DNA of 64,000 bases, taken from the NCBI GenBank assembly GCA_030390025.1, contig CM059432.1, positions 35,528,001 to 35,592,000 on the forward strand, in the 5' to 3' direction. The notes beneath the pieces were generated by a model. That model was not told where the DNA came from. It made no database searches and saw nothing but the letters and a program-made list of their open reading frames with translations. Source of the DNA: Squalus acanthias (lineage: Eukaryota). The translations under genes and the position numbers were made by a program. Each line of letters starts with the position of its first letter. Position 1 is the stretch's first letter. Below are positions 26,437 to 36,995 of the stretch, one piece after another.

Positions 26437-27439
26437 AATTACCTGTGACCCCAATCCTCTATTGTTCGAGTTGGACTCCTCCATCCTCTCCACTATTGGG
26501 AACGTGTGTGTGGCACGTCTGTCAGTACCTCGCAAAGTTGCTGATGTACCTCTGTCATTCTCCTTCTTAACGATGGCCCCCGGGGTTCAGTATCTGTGTC
26601 AAGCTGAGCAGAGCTTGGAGAGGGCTGTGCCCCCACCCACACAGACACTCCGCAGCTGTCACTAACATCAGTGTCTGCTCGTGCTCACTTGTGAATTGTG
26701 AATCACCAGGTGAAAGACCAATTAACTCTCTAACTGGATGCACCGAAGTGCGAGCATTTGCGCTGGTTCATAGCTGTACGTCCTGTGACAGTGCACCCTC
26801 AGAAATAATGAGGTCATCTGAGGAATCGCCCTTATGCCTCTCCAGCGACTCTTGCTCTACGGGTGGAGGTCCTGGAATACAAAAGATAGGGATATGAATT
26901 AGTCGTGGCAAAGTAACAATTTTGACAATCACCATATCAGTCTTCTCATAGTTCGGTCATGGATGAAATAAAGTCAGCACGTGTGTCAGAAAGATTTTTT
27001 ACTCTGTCACCAGCCATCTGCAAGTTCACAGTCTCTCCATCTCTGATTGAGAGGGACGCAGATGTGCCACTTACCTCCATGGCATCTTTCTCAGCAGCTG
27101 TTAATTGTGCAATTTGCGGCGGGCCACCTCCAGTCCTCTCCTTGCATTTTGCGCTCTCTTACAAGGGACGAAAAATCAAACCTGTGAGTGAGTGAAGTTC
27201 ACACATTCACCCGATGGACACAGTGCATTTGGTGAGGGTGGCAGATGCATCATGTTGCATAAGGATTGGATTGAGTGGCAGCGGTTGATGGATACATGGG
27301 GAGGTGAGGAAGTGCATAGTGCTGTTGAAACTTAAGTGGGTGTGAGAAGTGATGTGATGGAGTATGCTTAGCAAGACAGAATGAGGGTGGGAAGGGTTTA
27401 CACCACAGGATGTAGGCAAATCAAGAAATGTACTCTCAT

Positions 27440-27677
27440 TTCCTGACCTAGTTAGGTCATTAAACTGCTTCCTGCACTACATCCAAGACCAGGGCACAAT
27501 GGTTCTGCTGTTCACCACCTCAGCCACCTCCAACTGTGCTGTCTTGGTGACAGCAACAGGTTTCTTCCTCCCATTGTTGGGGAAAAGTATGTCCCTCCTG
27601 CTCCTGGCTGCACCCAGCAATAATTCAAATGAAGCATCATTGAATCTGGATGCTACCCTTGCTCTTTGTCAATCCAT
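27440..27677 (-). pseudogene. Harbinger Myb/SANT-like DNA-binding gene, first exon (decayed)
   Basis: Minus strand reads MD*QRARVASRFNDASFELLLGAARSRRDILFPNNGRKKP...LEVAEVVNS...WM*CRKQFNDL, a Myb/trihelix pattern with 2 stops. TATTTAAA lies ~50 nt upstream, a RTGGGPP exon piece at ~27075-27160, and a C-terminal RSGRKRK piece at 23648-23893. Confidence 0.75.
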
Positions 27678-29107
27678 CCTAGACAGCTCCTGGCTCCTCC
27701 AAATTCCATATCTGCATTGGCTCTTTAAATAGTGGACTTCAGATCGCATCATGCAGGTGCGCATCACGCCTGCTGCACAGCTTGGAGGCACGAAACCCGG
27801 AAGGAAAAATTTAATGATTCAATCAAGTCAAAATCGGAGAAACCGACCCGCTGATTTTACTTCCGGGTTTTGCACAAACAATCTCCATACCCAACCGCCC
27901 ACCCCTGCTCTGAACCCACCTTTACATTAATATCAGGGTCACGGTTTCCATAGCTCCCAACCACTGGGGTTTTCCTCACCTCATATCTGTATCTGTTGCA
28001 GACTAATTAATAGAAATTGATTACTATGATAGTCAACAACTCCATTAGCATTGTATCATGTAACTACCAGGATGGTAGAAGGTGAATTAGAAGGACCTTG
28101 GTCTTTTGGACTGGACTAAGTTCGCCGAGTAATTCCTATGTTCTTAAAAGTTAGCACCAGTCAGAATCAGTAAAACGAATCTCTTGAAAAGATCCAAGAA
28201 AACACCCAGAGCATATAGAATCATTTTAATGAGTACATACAGCATGATGACAAGACCTCACCCATTTTACAAGCTAAAAGCAAAGTATTTAGCAGTCGGC
28301 AGGAACATGCCACGTGGGTCAGCAACATCAAATCAGTTGGGGTAGGCAGGTGTAAAATGTGAATTAATTGGACCCCACCCAAGATCAAAGCAGAGTTAAA
28401 CCTGTTTATCAACTAGTGTGAGGTGGCAATAAACAAAGCAAACAGGATACAAAAACAGAAAATGCTGGAAATATTCAGCAGGTCAGGCAGCATCTGTGGA
28501 GAGAGAAAAACAGAGTTAACCTGAAATGTTAACTTTTTCTGTTTTTATCTAAGATTTTCGGCATCCGCAGTATTTTGCTTTTGTAAAGCAAATAGGATGC
28601 TGGGTTATATTGCCAGATCAGTTGAATTCAAGTCCCTCTGAGGTCTGATTCCGTGTCCGGGGCCCTGCTGAGGCTGCACTTGGAGTTCTCCGTACAGTTC
28701 TGGTTATCACAGCATAATGGGAGCGCCATTCAGCCCCCAGACACAGTGCAGAGGAGAGCAACAGGACCGATCCATGATATTGTAAGGGGTACAGTAGTGT
28801 AGTGGTTGTGTTACTGGACTAGTAATCCAGAGGCCTGAACTAATAATCCAGAGACTGTGAGCTCACAATCCCACCATGGCAGTTTGAGAATTTGAATTCA
28901 GTTTAAAAAATCTGGAAATAACCTGGCACGAGTAGAAGTGAGTATGAAGCTGTCAGATTGTCGTAATAACCCATTGTCCCTTAGGGAAGGAAATTTGTCG
29001 TCATTACCTGGTCTGTCCTATGTGTGAGGCCCGCGAGAAAACCCGAGCAAGAATTGAAGCCCTGAGGAGGTGGTGGAATTAACTTAATTCTTGTGCTTTC
29101 TTTACAG

Positions 29108-29202
29108 AAGGATCCTCACTATCTGCAGCAATGGCTCGAAGCTTTTGTCAGCTCCTTCGAACGAATTATTGACGTCAGCTCCTTTGAGCCCCTGCAGCGA
29201 AG
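29108..29202 (+). CDS. NBEAL2: NBEAL2 coding exon (probable exon 2)
   Basis: tttacAG|AAG...CGAAG|GTgagt. Encodes [31 protein letters not shown](R), resembling human NBEAL2 KDLGYLQQWLKAFV...SSLEPRR as recalled. 95 nt, phase 0 to 2. Confidence 0.92.
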
Positions 29203-30216
29203 GTGAGTTCAACAAGGAAGATATCTTTGGCCCATCTAATCTAGTGTTCAAAACCTCTCATACCGCCTTTTTTTAGGTTTATTGTTTGCTCATCCCTCAG
29301 TGCCATGAGATGGTAATGGTGTGCCAAGGCCACTTCAGTGCACATTAAGAGGCGACCATCTCATGTGGCCCAGAGTTCATATATAGTCCTGACTGACGAT
29401 CCAACTTTTATGGTCATTTTTCCTGGTGCCAAGCAACAAATTGCCAGCTTTACTAAACTGAATTTCACAGCTTGTTCCGGTGGAATTGCTATTCATGAGC
29501 TCCAGGTTGCTAATCTCAATGGGGTTGGAATACAAAGTGGGGAAGTGTTCCTTCAGTTGTATAGCGTCTTGTTCAGACCCCATCTGAAGTACTGCGTTCA
29601 GTTTTGGGCACCACACCTCAGGAAAGATATATTCGTCTTGGAGGAGATATAGTGCAGATTCATCAGAATTATACCAGGCCTTAAAGGGTTAAATTACGAG
29701 AACAGGTTGCGTATACGTGGCTTGTATTCACTTGAGTTTAGAAGGTAGAGGGATGATCTGATTGAAGTGTTTAAATAATAAAAGGATTCAAAAGGGTAGA
29801 TGCGGAGAAGCTATTTCCTTTGGTGGGAGAATCCAGAACAAGGGGACACAATCTTAAAATTAGAGCTCGGCCATTCAGGAGTGAAATCAGGAAGCACTTT
29901 TTCACACAAGGGTAGTGAAAATCTGTAACTCTCACCTGGTCAATTGGAGCTTTCAAGACTGAGATAGATAGATTTTTGCTATGTAAGGGTATCAAGTGGT
30001 ATGGAACAAAGGTGAGTAAATGGAGTTGAAGTGTAAGCCTGGATTATGTGCTCAAGTCTCTGGAGTGGTGCTATGAACCCACAACCTTCTGGCTCAGAGG
30101 CGAGAGTGCTACCACTGAGCTAAGGCACCACCAGCTTGGAAAGAACAAGAGAGAAATCTTCAGAAGAGGACTGACTGCAGTAGTACTGATGAAATGGAGC
30201 AGGAGGAGAGAGAGAG

Positions 30217-31312
30217 AAAATTGGTTAACAGACAGGAAACAGAGAGTAGGAATAAATGGGTCTTTTTCGGGGTGGCAGGCGGTGACTAGTGGAGTACCGC
30301 AGGGATCAGTGCTTGGGCCCTAGCTATTCACAATATATATCAATGATTTGGATGAGGGAACCAAATGTAATATTTCCAAGTTTGCTGACGACACGAAACT
30401 GGGTGGCATTGTGAGTTGTGAGGGGGATGCAAAGAGGCTTCAAGGCGATTTAGACAAGTTGAGTGAGTGGGCAAATACATGGCAGATGCAGTATAACGTG
30501 GATAAATGTGAAGTTATCCACTTCGGTTGGAAAAACAGAAAGGCATAGTATTATTTAAATGGTGATAGATTGAGAAATGTTGATGTACAGAGGGACCTGG
30601 GTGTCCTTGTACACCAGTCACTGAAAGCAAACATGCAGGTGCAGCAAGCAGTTAGGAAGGCAAATGGTATGTTGGCCTTCATTGCAAGAGGATTTGAGTA
30701 CAGGAGCAAGGATGTCTTACTACAGTTATACAGGGCCTTGGTGAGACCACACCTGGAGTACTGTGTGCAGTTTTGGTCTCCTTACCTAAGAAAGGATATA
30801 CTTGCCATAGAGGGAGTGCAGTAAAGGTTCACCAGACTGATTCCTGGGATGGCAGGACTGTCGTATGAGGAGAGATTGGGTCGACTAGGCCTGTATTCAC
30901 TAGAGTTTAGAAGAATGAGAGGGGATCTCGTGGAAACGTATAAAATTCTGACAGGGCTAGACAGACTGGATACAGGGAGGATGTTTCCCCAGGCTGGGGG
31001 GTCTAGAACGAGGGGTCACAGTCTCAGGATACGGGGTAGGACATTTAGGACTGAGATGAGGAGAAATTTCTTCACTCAGAGGGTGGTAAACCTGTGGAAT
31101 TCTCTACCACAGACAGCTGTGGAGGCCAAGACACTGAATATATTTAAGAAGGAGATAGATAGATTTCTAGACACAAAAGGCATCTAGGGGTATGGGGAGA
31201 GAGTGGGAATATGGTATTGAGATAGAGGATCAGCCATGGATCATATTGAATGGCGGAGCAGGCTCGAATAGCCGAATGGCCTACTCCTGCTCCTATTTTT
31301 CTATGTTTCTAT
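30217..31312 (+). mobile_element. CR1-clade LINE 3' fragment
   Basis: RT ORF pieces 30348..31187 with in-frame stops; TTCTATG tail. Confidence 0.93.
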
Positions 31313-31734
31313 GAGAGGGAGGGAGAACGAGGGAGGAATGGTTGCAACAAAGAGAAGTGGATGTGCAAATTTCTCCTAGCCCTCTGATAAAACCACTCCT
31401 AAGAGGCGAGCAAGCGCAATCTATTGAGGGTTCTCCGGTCATCTCAGAACAGTGGCCACAATTCCTCTTCAGGTTGCTCTGTGTCACAGTGTAATGACGC
31501 ACCAGTACACCAGGATTGCCACTGCTGTAAATTGCAATCCTGAGTCATAGTTCACCCCCCATCAGTTACTTGGGTAGGTAACTCCTCGCACCCACTCCTC
31601 CTCCTCTCGTGCCAAGTGAAGCTGTCACAGGGTATTAAAGTCAAGGGAACTGGCTTACAATACATTTTACCCTCAAATTGTTTGAGATTTGATTATGATT
31701 TTCATGGTGATTTTGGAGATTCCCCCCCATGCCG

Positions 31735-32144
31735 TCCCAAAGTGCTTTACAGCCACTTTGAAGTGTGGTCACTTTGTAAGGTAGAAAATACAGCAGGCAA
31801 TTTGCACTCAGCAAGCTTACAGAACCAGTAATGTGAGAATGACCAGATAATCTCTTTTTAGTGATGTTGATTGAGGGATGAATATTGTCTAGAACACCAG
31901 GGATAACTCCCCTGCTCTTCCTCAAAATTGTGTCATGAAATCTTTTACGTCCACCTGAGAGAGCAGACGGGGCCTCGGTTTAACATCTCATCTGAAAGAC
32001 AGCATCTCCGACAGTGCAGCGCTCCCTCAGTACTGCAGTGGAGTGTCAGCCTAGATTTTTGTGCTCAAGTCTCTGGGGTGGAACTTGAACCTGCAACCTT
32101 CTGGCTCAGAGGCAAAAGTGCTACCAACTGAGCCACAGCTGACA
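31735..32144 (-). mobile_element. DeuSINE
   Basis: Same consensus. Further copies near 18925-19230(-), 20620-20925(+), 21747-22025(+) and 37870-38190(-). Confidence 0.82.
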
Positions 32145-32551
32145 CTTTTTAGTTTCAATAAAGGCAGGTTAGAACTGGGCCTGAGGTGACTTGAGGTGGC
32201 CTGCGGTCACTTGGCAGGACCTGTGGTCATCCACCTGCATATTTTGAGAAAATGCTTGACATGTACTTGCTGTCGTCTCAAAGTGGTGCGGTTGAGATTG
32301 GGAGTTAGGATTAGGGTGCTGGTGTGTTTAAAAAAAAAAATGTTTTCATTGAGAAACTGTAGGACTTTTGCTGCTCATTTTATTCTCTGAACAATTTTTT
32401 AATAATACAGTAAATCTGTTATTAAATTTTGATTCACAGAAGGGAGGGGGCAGGGATATGAGTGCTTTAGATTCTCACTGGGCCAAGGCCTGATCTGATT
32501 AACATTTTGTTGCTATGGTTTCAGTCATCTGTGTTTTCTTGTTCCTCCCAG

Positions 32552-32713
32552 GCCTGAAGAGATGGCTGCAGAGATTCCACTGTTGCCAGGCAATGTGCTG
32601 CAAGTCCTGAGCCAGCAACTGAGTCAATGTGTACAGAGATTATCGACTGAGGAGGCCGAGGCAGGCCTTGGACAAGCACTCCTCCTGATAAAGTTTCTCA
32701 TTATAATCTGCAG
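32552..32713 (+). CDS. NBEAL2: NBEAL2 coding exon (probable exon 3)
   Basis: ctcccAG|G CCT GAA...TGCAG|GTgcat. Encodes (R)PEEMAAEIPLLPGNVLQVLSQQLSQCVQRLSTEEAEAGLGQALLLIKFLIIIC(R); cf. NBEAL2 RPEEAGAEVPLLP...QALLLLKLFIILCR. 162 nt, phase 2-2. Confidence 0.93.
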
Positions 32714-33097
32714 GTGCATACTATTCTAATTATTCCCTTTCTTTCTTTATTGTTACATTTTCAGATTTTATGTTTAATTTGTTTCTTAGCTGAAGGATTG
32801 GGACTTGGGGAAAAGTTTGGCAGGGCTACCAGCAGCGAAGATGAAAATCTGCCCCAAAATCTTCTCCACAGAAAGAATTGAATTGAAGGGAAAATCACGA
32901 GCAGTGTTTGCTGTAACTGCCCTCTGAGCAGAGTTGGGGGAATTCAAGGAACGAGCTTGCTGTCTGCCTTCTTGGCCTTGGTCCATTTCAAAGCCTGTGG
33001 AGACTAGGACATGACGGAATAAAATAGAGGGAGTTGGTCCCTAAAATTAAATAATATCTTGTCATTTAAACAAGTCCACTCTTGGGGGCTGGCGGTT

Positions 33098-33201
33098 GGG
33101 GAATGGGTGGGTGCGGGCAAATGGGGAATGGGGTGGGTGCGGGCGAATGGGGAATGGGGTGGGTGCGGGCGAATGGGGAATGGGGTGGGTGCGGGCGAAT
33201 G
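33098..33201 (+). repeat. 26-bp G-rich tandem repeat x4
   Basis: Unit GGGGAATGGGGTGGGTGCGGGCGAAT. Confidence 0.95.
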
Positions 33202-33304
33202 CCGTAGAAGGAAAGAACTTGCATTTATGTCGCACCTTTCACATCCTCAGGACATTCCAAAGTGCTTTACAATCAATTAATTACTTTTGAAGTGTAGTCA
33301 CTAT

Positions 33305-34048
33305 GTGCTGGATTTTGTCTTGGGGTCGGGTTGGGGTTGTGTAATCCGCATTTCGTGTTTCCCCCCGACTCCACATTAATGTGGATGCCTGATGCAATTT
33401 TCACTTAATTGGGCAATTGAGTTGCAGCATGTGGGAACCCATGAACTAATTAGTGGTTTCAGTCTGCAAGTCGCCTCTGATGATGTCATCATTGCTGCCT
33501 GCCTGTTGTCAGAGATTGTCTGGCTACTGGTGAGAGAGGACCTGTCTGCATTGCTTCTGATGTGAGTGGACTGGACCTGGATATATATATATATAAATGA
33601 GAGAGAGAGAGAGAGAGAATCTCTGAACACATTCAATGCAGCAGCAGCATCAGCATCAGCATCAGCATCAGAGGCGACTTTCAGACGTAATACTACTACT
33701 ACCTTCATCACATCTCCGTTGTAATAGTGGACCTGCAGCTCATAGTCAGCTATCCACTTGTGCTCCCGCCAGGTTTCACTGGAGTGTTTCACACCAGGCG
33801 TACTTCACGTCAGAAAAGGGTTAAACTAGCTACAACGTTTCAAAATGGAATTACAGAGCCAATTTAGGGCTTGTTAAGGGCTTTAATGGCCTCTCCCGCC
33901 TCTTGGAGGCGGGATGGAGTCGGGAACCCCGCGACTGATTTTGTCAAAATTGCGTGGAGTCGGGATGGGGTCGGAAACCCCGACCCCGCAAATTTAACTC
34001 CCCACACGCCTCCAAACCCGACTCCATGGGTCATTCAAAATCCAGCCC
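33305..34048. mobile_element. Harbinger-type MITE with internal compound microsatellite
   Basis: TIR GTGCTGGATTTT / AAAATCCAGCCC; TSD TAT; splits a DeuSINE tail; (TA)n(GA)n(GCATCA)n at ~33581-33670. Confidence 0.75.
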
Positions 34049-35131
34049 TATGGCTTTGTAGGCAAACGTAGCGGCCAATTTGTGCACAGCTAGATCCCAC
34101 AAATAATGAGATAAATGACTAGTTAAACTGTTTTTTGATGGTGTTGGTTAGGGAATAAATGTTGGCTGGGTCAGTGTTACTGAGTTTCTGATCTCGCAGA
34201 GGTCACACGATGGCTGGTGTGGGAAATAGAAACAGCACCTTAGTTTGGTATGCATTAGCTTTCTGAAGTTGGGCCAAAATCATGGTGCTGGGGCAGTGTA
34301 GAGGGAGCTTTGCCCATACACCTAGCCCATGCTAAACGTGATGAGCATCAGTTTTCTCCTCATTTCCTCACTCCTTTTCTGAAGGTGTTGGCGTAAGGAA
34401 TCATGGTCATTGGCAGCCCTCCAGTACCTTGTCTAAGTGGCCATTTTTGCTATGTTGTGAGTGTTGGTAGGCACTAGAGCGAAAATTAATCAGTTTCTCA
34501 CCCAACATTTACATGTGGGCACTTTTAACGAGATTCACTGGATAGCAAACTGGAGTAGGAGCTTCATCGCAGGGCACTGAAATTAATTGTGGTATCTCTA
34601 TCTTTTTTTATTTGTTCTTGGGATGTGGGTGTCGCTGGCAAGGCCGGCATTTTGAACATCCCTAGTTGCCCTGAGAAGGTGGTGGTGGCCGTTCTCCTTA
34701 AAACGCTGCAGTCCTTGTGGTGATGGTGCTCCCATAATGGTGTTGGGTTGGGAATTCCAGTGACGATGTAGGAATGGCAGTACATGTCCAAGTTAGGATG
34801 TTGTGTGACTTGATGGGAAACTTGGAAGTGATTTGTTCCCTCGATCTTGCTGCTCTAAGTGGTAGAAGTGATAGGGGAGGGAGGTGCTGTTGAAGTTACA
34901 TATAGCAATTTGCTACAGTGCATCTGAACCTGGCATGGCGGCTGTTCTCATGATCTTACTGCTCTTGACCTTCTTGGTGCTAGATGTCATGCAGCTGGGA
35001 GGTGCTGTCACAGTAAGCTTGGTGAGTTGCTGCAGTGCATCCTCCAGATTGTACATACTGCAGCCACAGTGCACCAATGGTGGAGGGGTGGATATTGAGC
35101 TCATTGGTAGGTGCACTGATCGACTAAACTA

Positions 35132-36995
35132 AGAACATAAGAAATAGTAGCAGGAGTAGGCCATTCGGCCCCTCGAGCCTGCTCCGCCATTCAATATGAT
35201 CATGGCTGATCTTCTACCTCAACTCCACTTTCCTGCACTATCCCCATATCCCTTGATTCCCTTAATATCTATCGATCTCTGTCTTATACTCAACGACTGA
35301 GCCTCCACAGCCCTCTGGGGTAGAGAATTCCAAAGATTCATCACCCTTCGAGCCTGCTCCGTCATTCAATATGATCATGGCTGATCCTCTATCTCAATAC
35401 CATATTCCCGCTCTCTCCCCATACCCCTTGATGCCTTTTGTGTCTAGAAATCTATCTATCTCCTTCTTAAATATATTCAGTGACTTGGCCTCCACAGCTG
35501 TTTGTGGTAGAGAATTCCACAGGTTCATCACCCTCTGAGTGAAGAAATTTCTCCTCATCTCAGTCCTAAATGGCCGACCCCTTATTCTGAGACTGTGACC
35601 CCTGGTTCTAGACTCCCCAGCCAGGGGAAACATCCTCCCTGCATCTACCCTGTCAAGCCCTGTAAGAATTTTGTATGTTTCTCATTCTTCTAAAGTCCAG
35701 AGAATATCGGCCGAGTCTACTCAATCTCTCTTCATAGGACAATCCCCCCCCCATCCCAGGAATCAGTCTGGTGAACCTTCGTTGCGCTCCCTCTATGGCA
35801 AGTATATCCTTCCTTAGGTAAGGAGACCAAAACTGTACACAATACTCCAGGTGTGGTCTCACCAGGGTCCTATATAATTGCAGTAAGACATCTTTACTCT
35901 TATACTCAAATCCTCTTGGAATAAAGGCCAACATACCATTTGCTTTCCTAATTGCTTGCTGTACCTGCATGTTAACTTTCAGTGATTTGTGTACAAGGAC
36001 ACCCAGGTCCCTCTGAACACCAACATTTCCCAATCTCTCACCATTTAAAAAATACTCTGCCTTTGTATTTTTCCTACCAAAGTGGATAACTTCACATTTC
36101 TCCACATTATATTCATTTGCCATGTTCTTGCGCACTCACTTAGCCTGTCTATATCCCCTTGAAGCCTCTTTGCATCCACCTCACAACTTACATTTGCACC
36201 TAGCTTTGTATCATCAGCAAACTTGGATATATTACATTTGGTCCCCTCATCCAAATCATTGATATAGATTGTGAATAGCTGAGGCTCAAGCGCTGATCCT
36301 TGTGGTACCCCACTAGTTACAGCCTGCCAACCCGAAAATGACCCGTTTATTCCTACTCTATTTTCTGTCCGTTAACCAATCCTCAATCCATGTTAGTATA
36401 TTACCCCCAATCCCATGAGCCTTAATTTAATAACCTCTTGTGTGGCACCTTATTGAATGCCTTCTGAAAATCCAAATACACCACATCCACTGGTTCCCCC
36501 TTATCTATGCTGCCAGTTACAACCTCAAAAAACTCTTAACAAATTTGTCAAACATGATTTCCCTTTCATAAATCCGTGTTGACTCTGCCCAATCCTATTA
36601 TTATTTTCTAAGTGCCCTGTTACCATGTCCTTAATAATACATTCCAGCATTTTCCCTACTACAGATGTCTGGCTAACTGGTCTGTAGTTCCCCATTTTCT
36701 CTCTCCCTCCTTTCTTAATAGTGGGGTTACATTTGCTACCTTCCAATCCGTGGGGACCGTTCTAGAATCTATGGAATTTTGGAAGATGACAACCAATGCA
36801 TCCGCTATTTCTATAGCCACCTCTTTTAAAACCCTAGGATGTAGGCCATCAGGTCCAGGGGATTTATCGGCTTTCAGTCCCATTAATTTCTTCAGTACTG
36901 TTTTTTTACTAATACTAATTTCTTTCAGTTCCTCATTCTCGCTAGACCCTTGGTTCTCCACTATTTCCAGGAAGCTTTTTGCGTCTTCTTCTGTG
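35132..36995 (-). mobile_element. CR1-clade LINE, 5'-truncated, with two tandem 3' ends
   Basis: Minus-strand ORFs 36659..36961, 36525..36746, 36045..36254, 35653..36135 and 35394..35633. A second CR1 3' end occupies 35132-35347. It interrupts a Zenon-like LINE fragment. Confidence 0.93.

Noticed and set aside
1..29107. First coding exon of NBEAL2 (expected M...ERLYELW-like)
   Set aside because: No matching exon was seen by eye; it is probably upstream of the window, though a short exon could have been missed.
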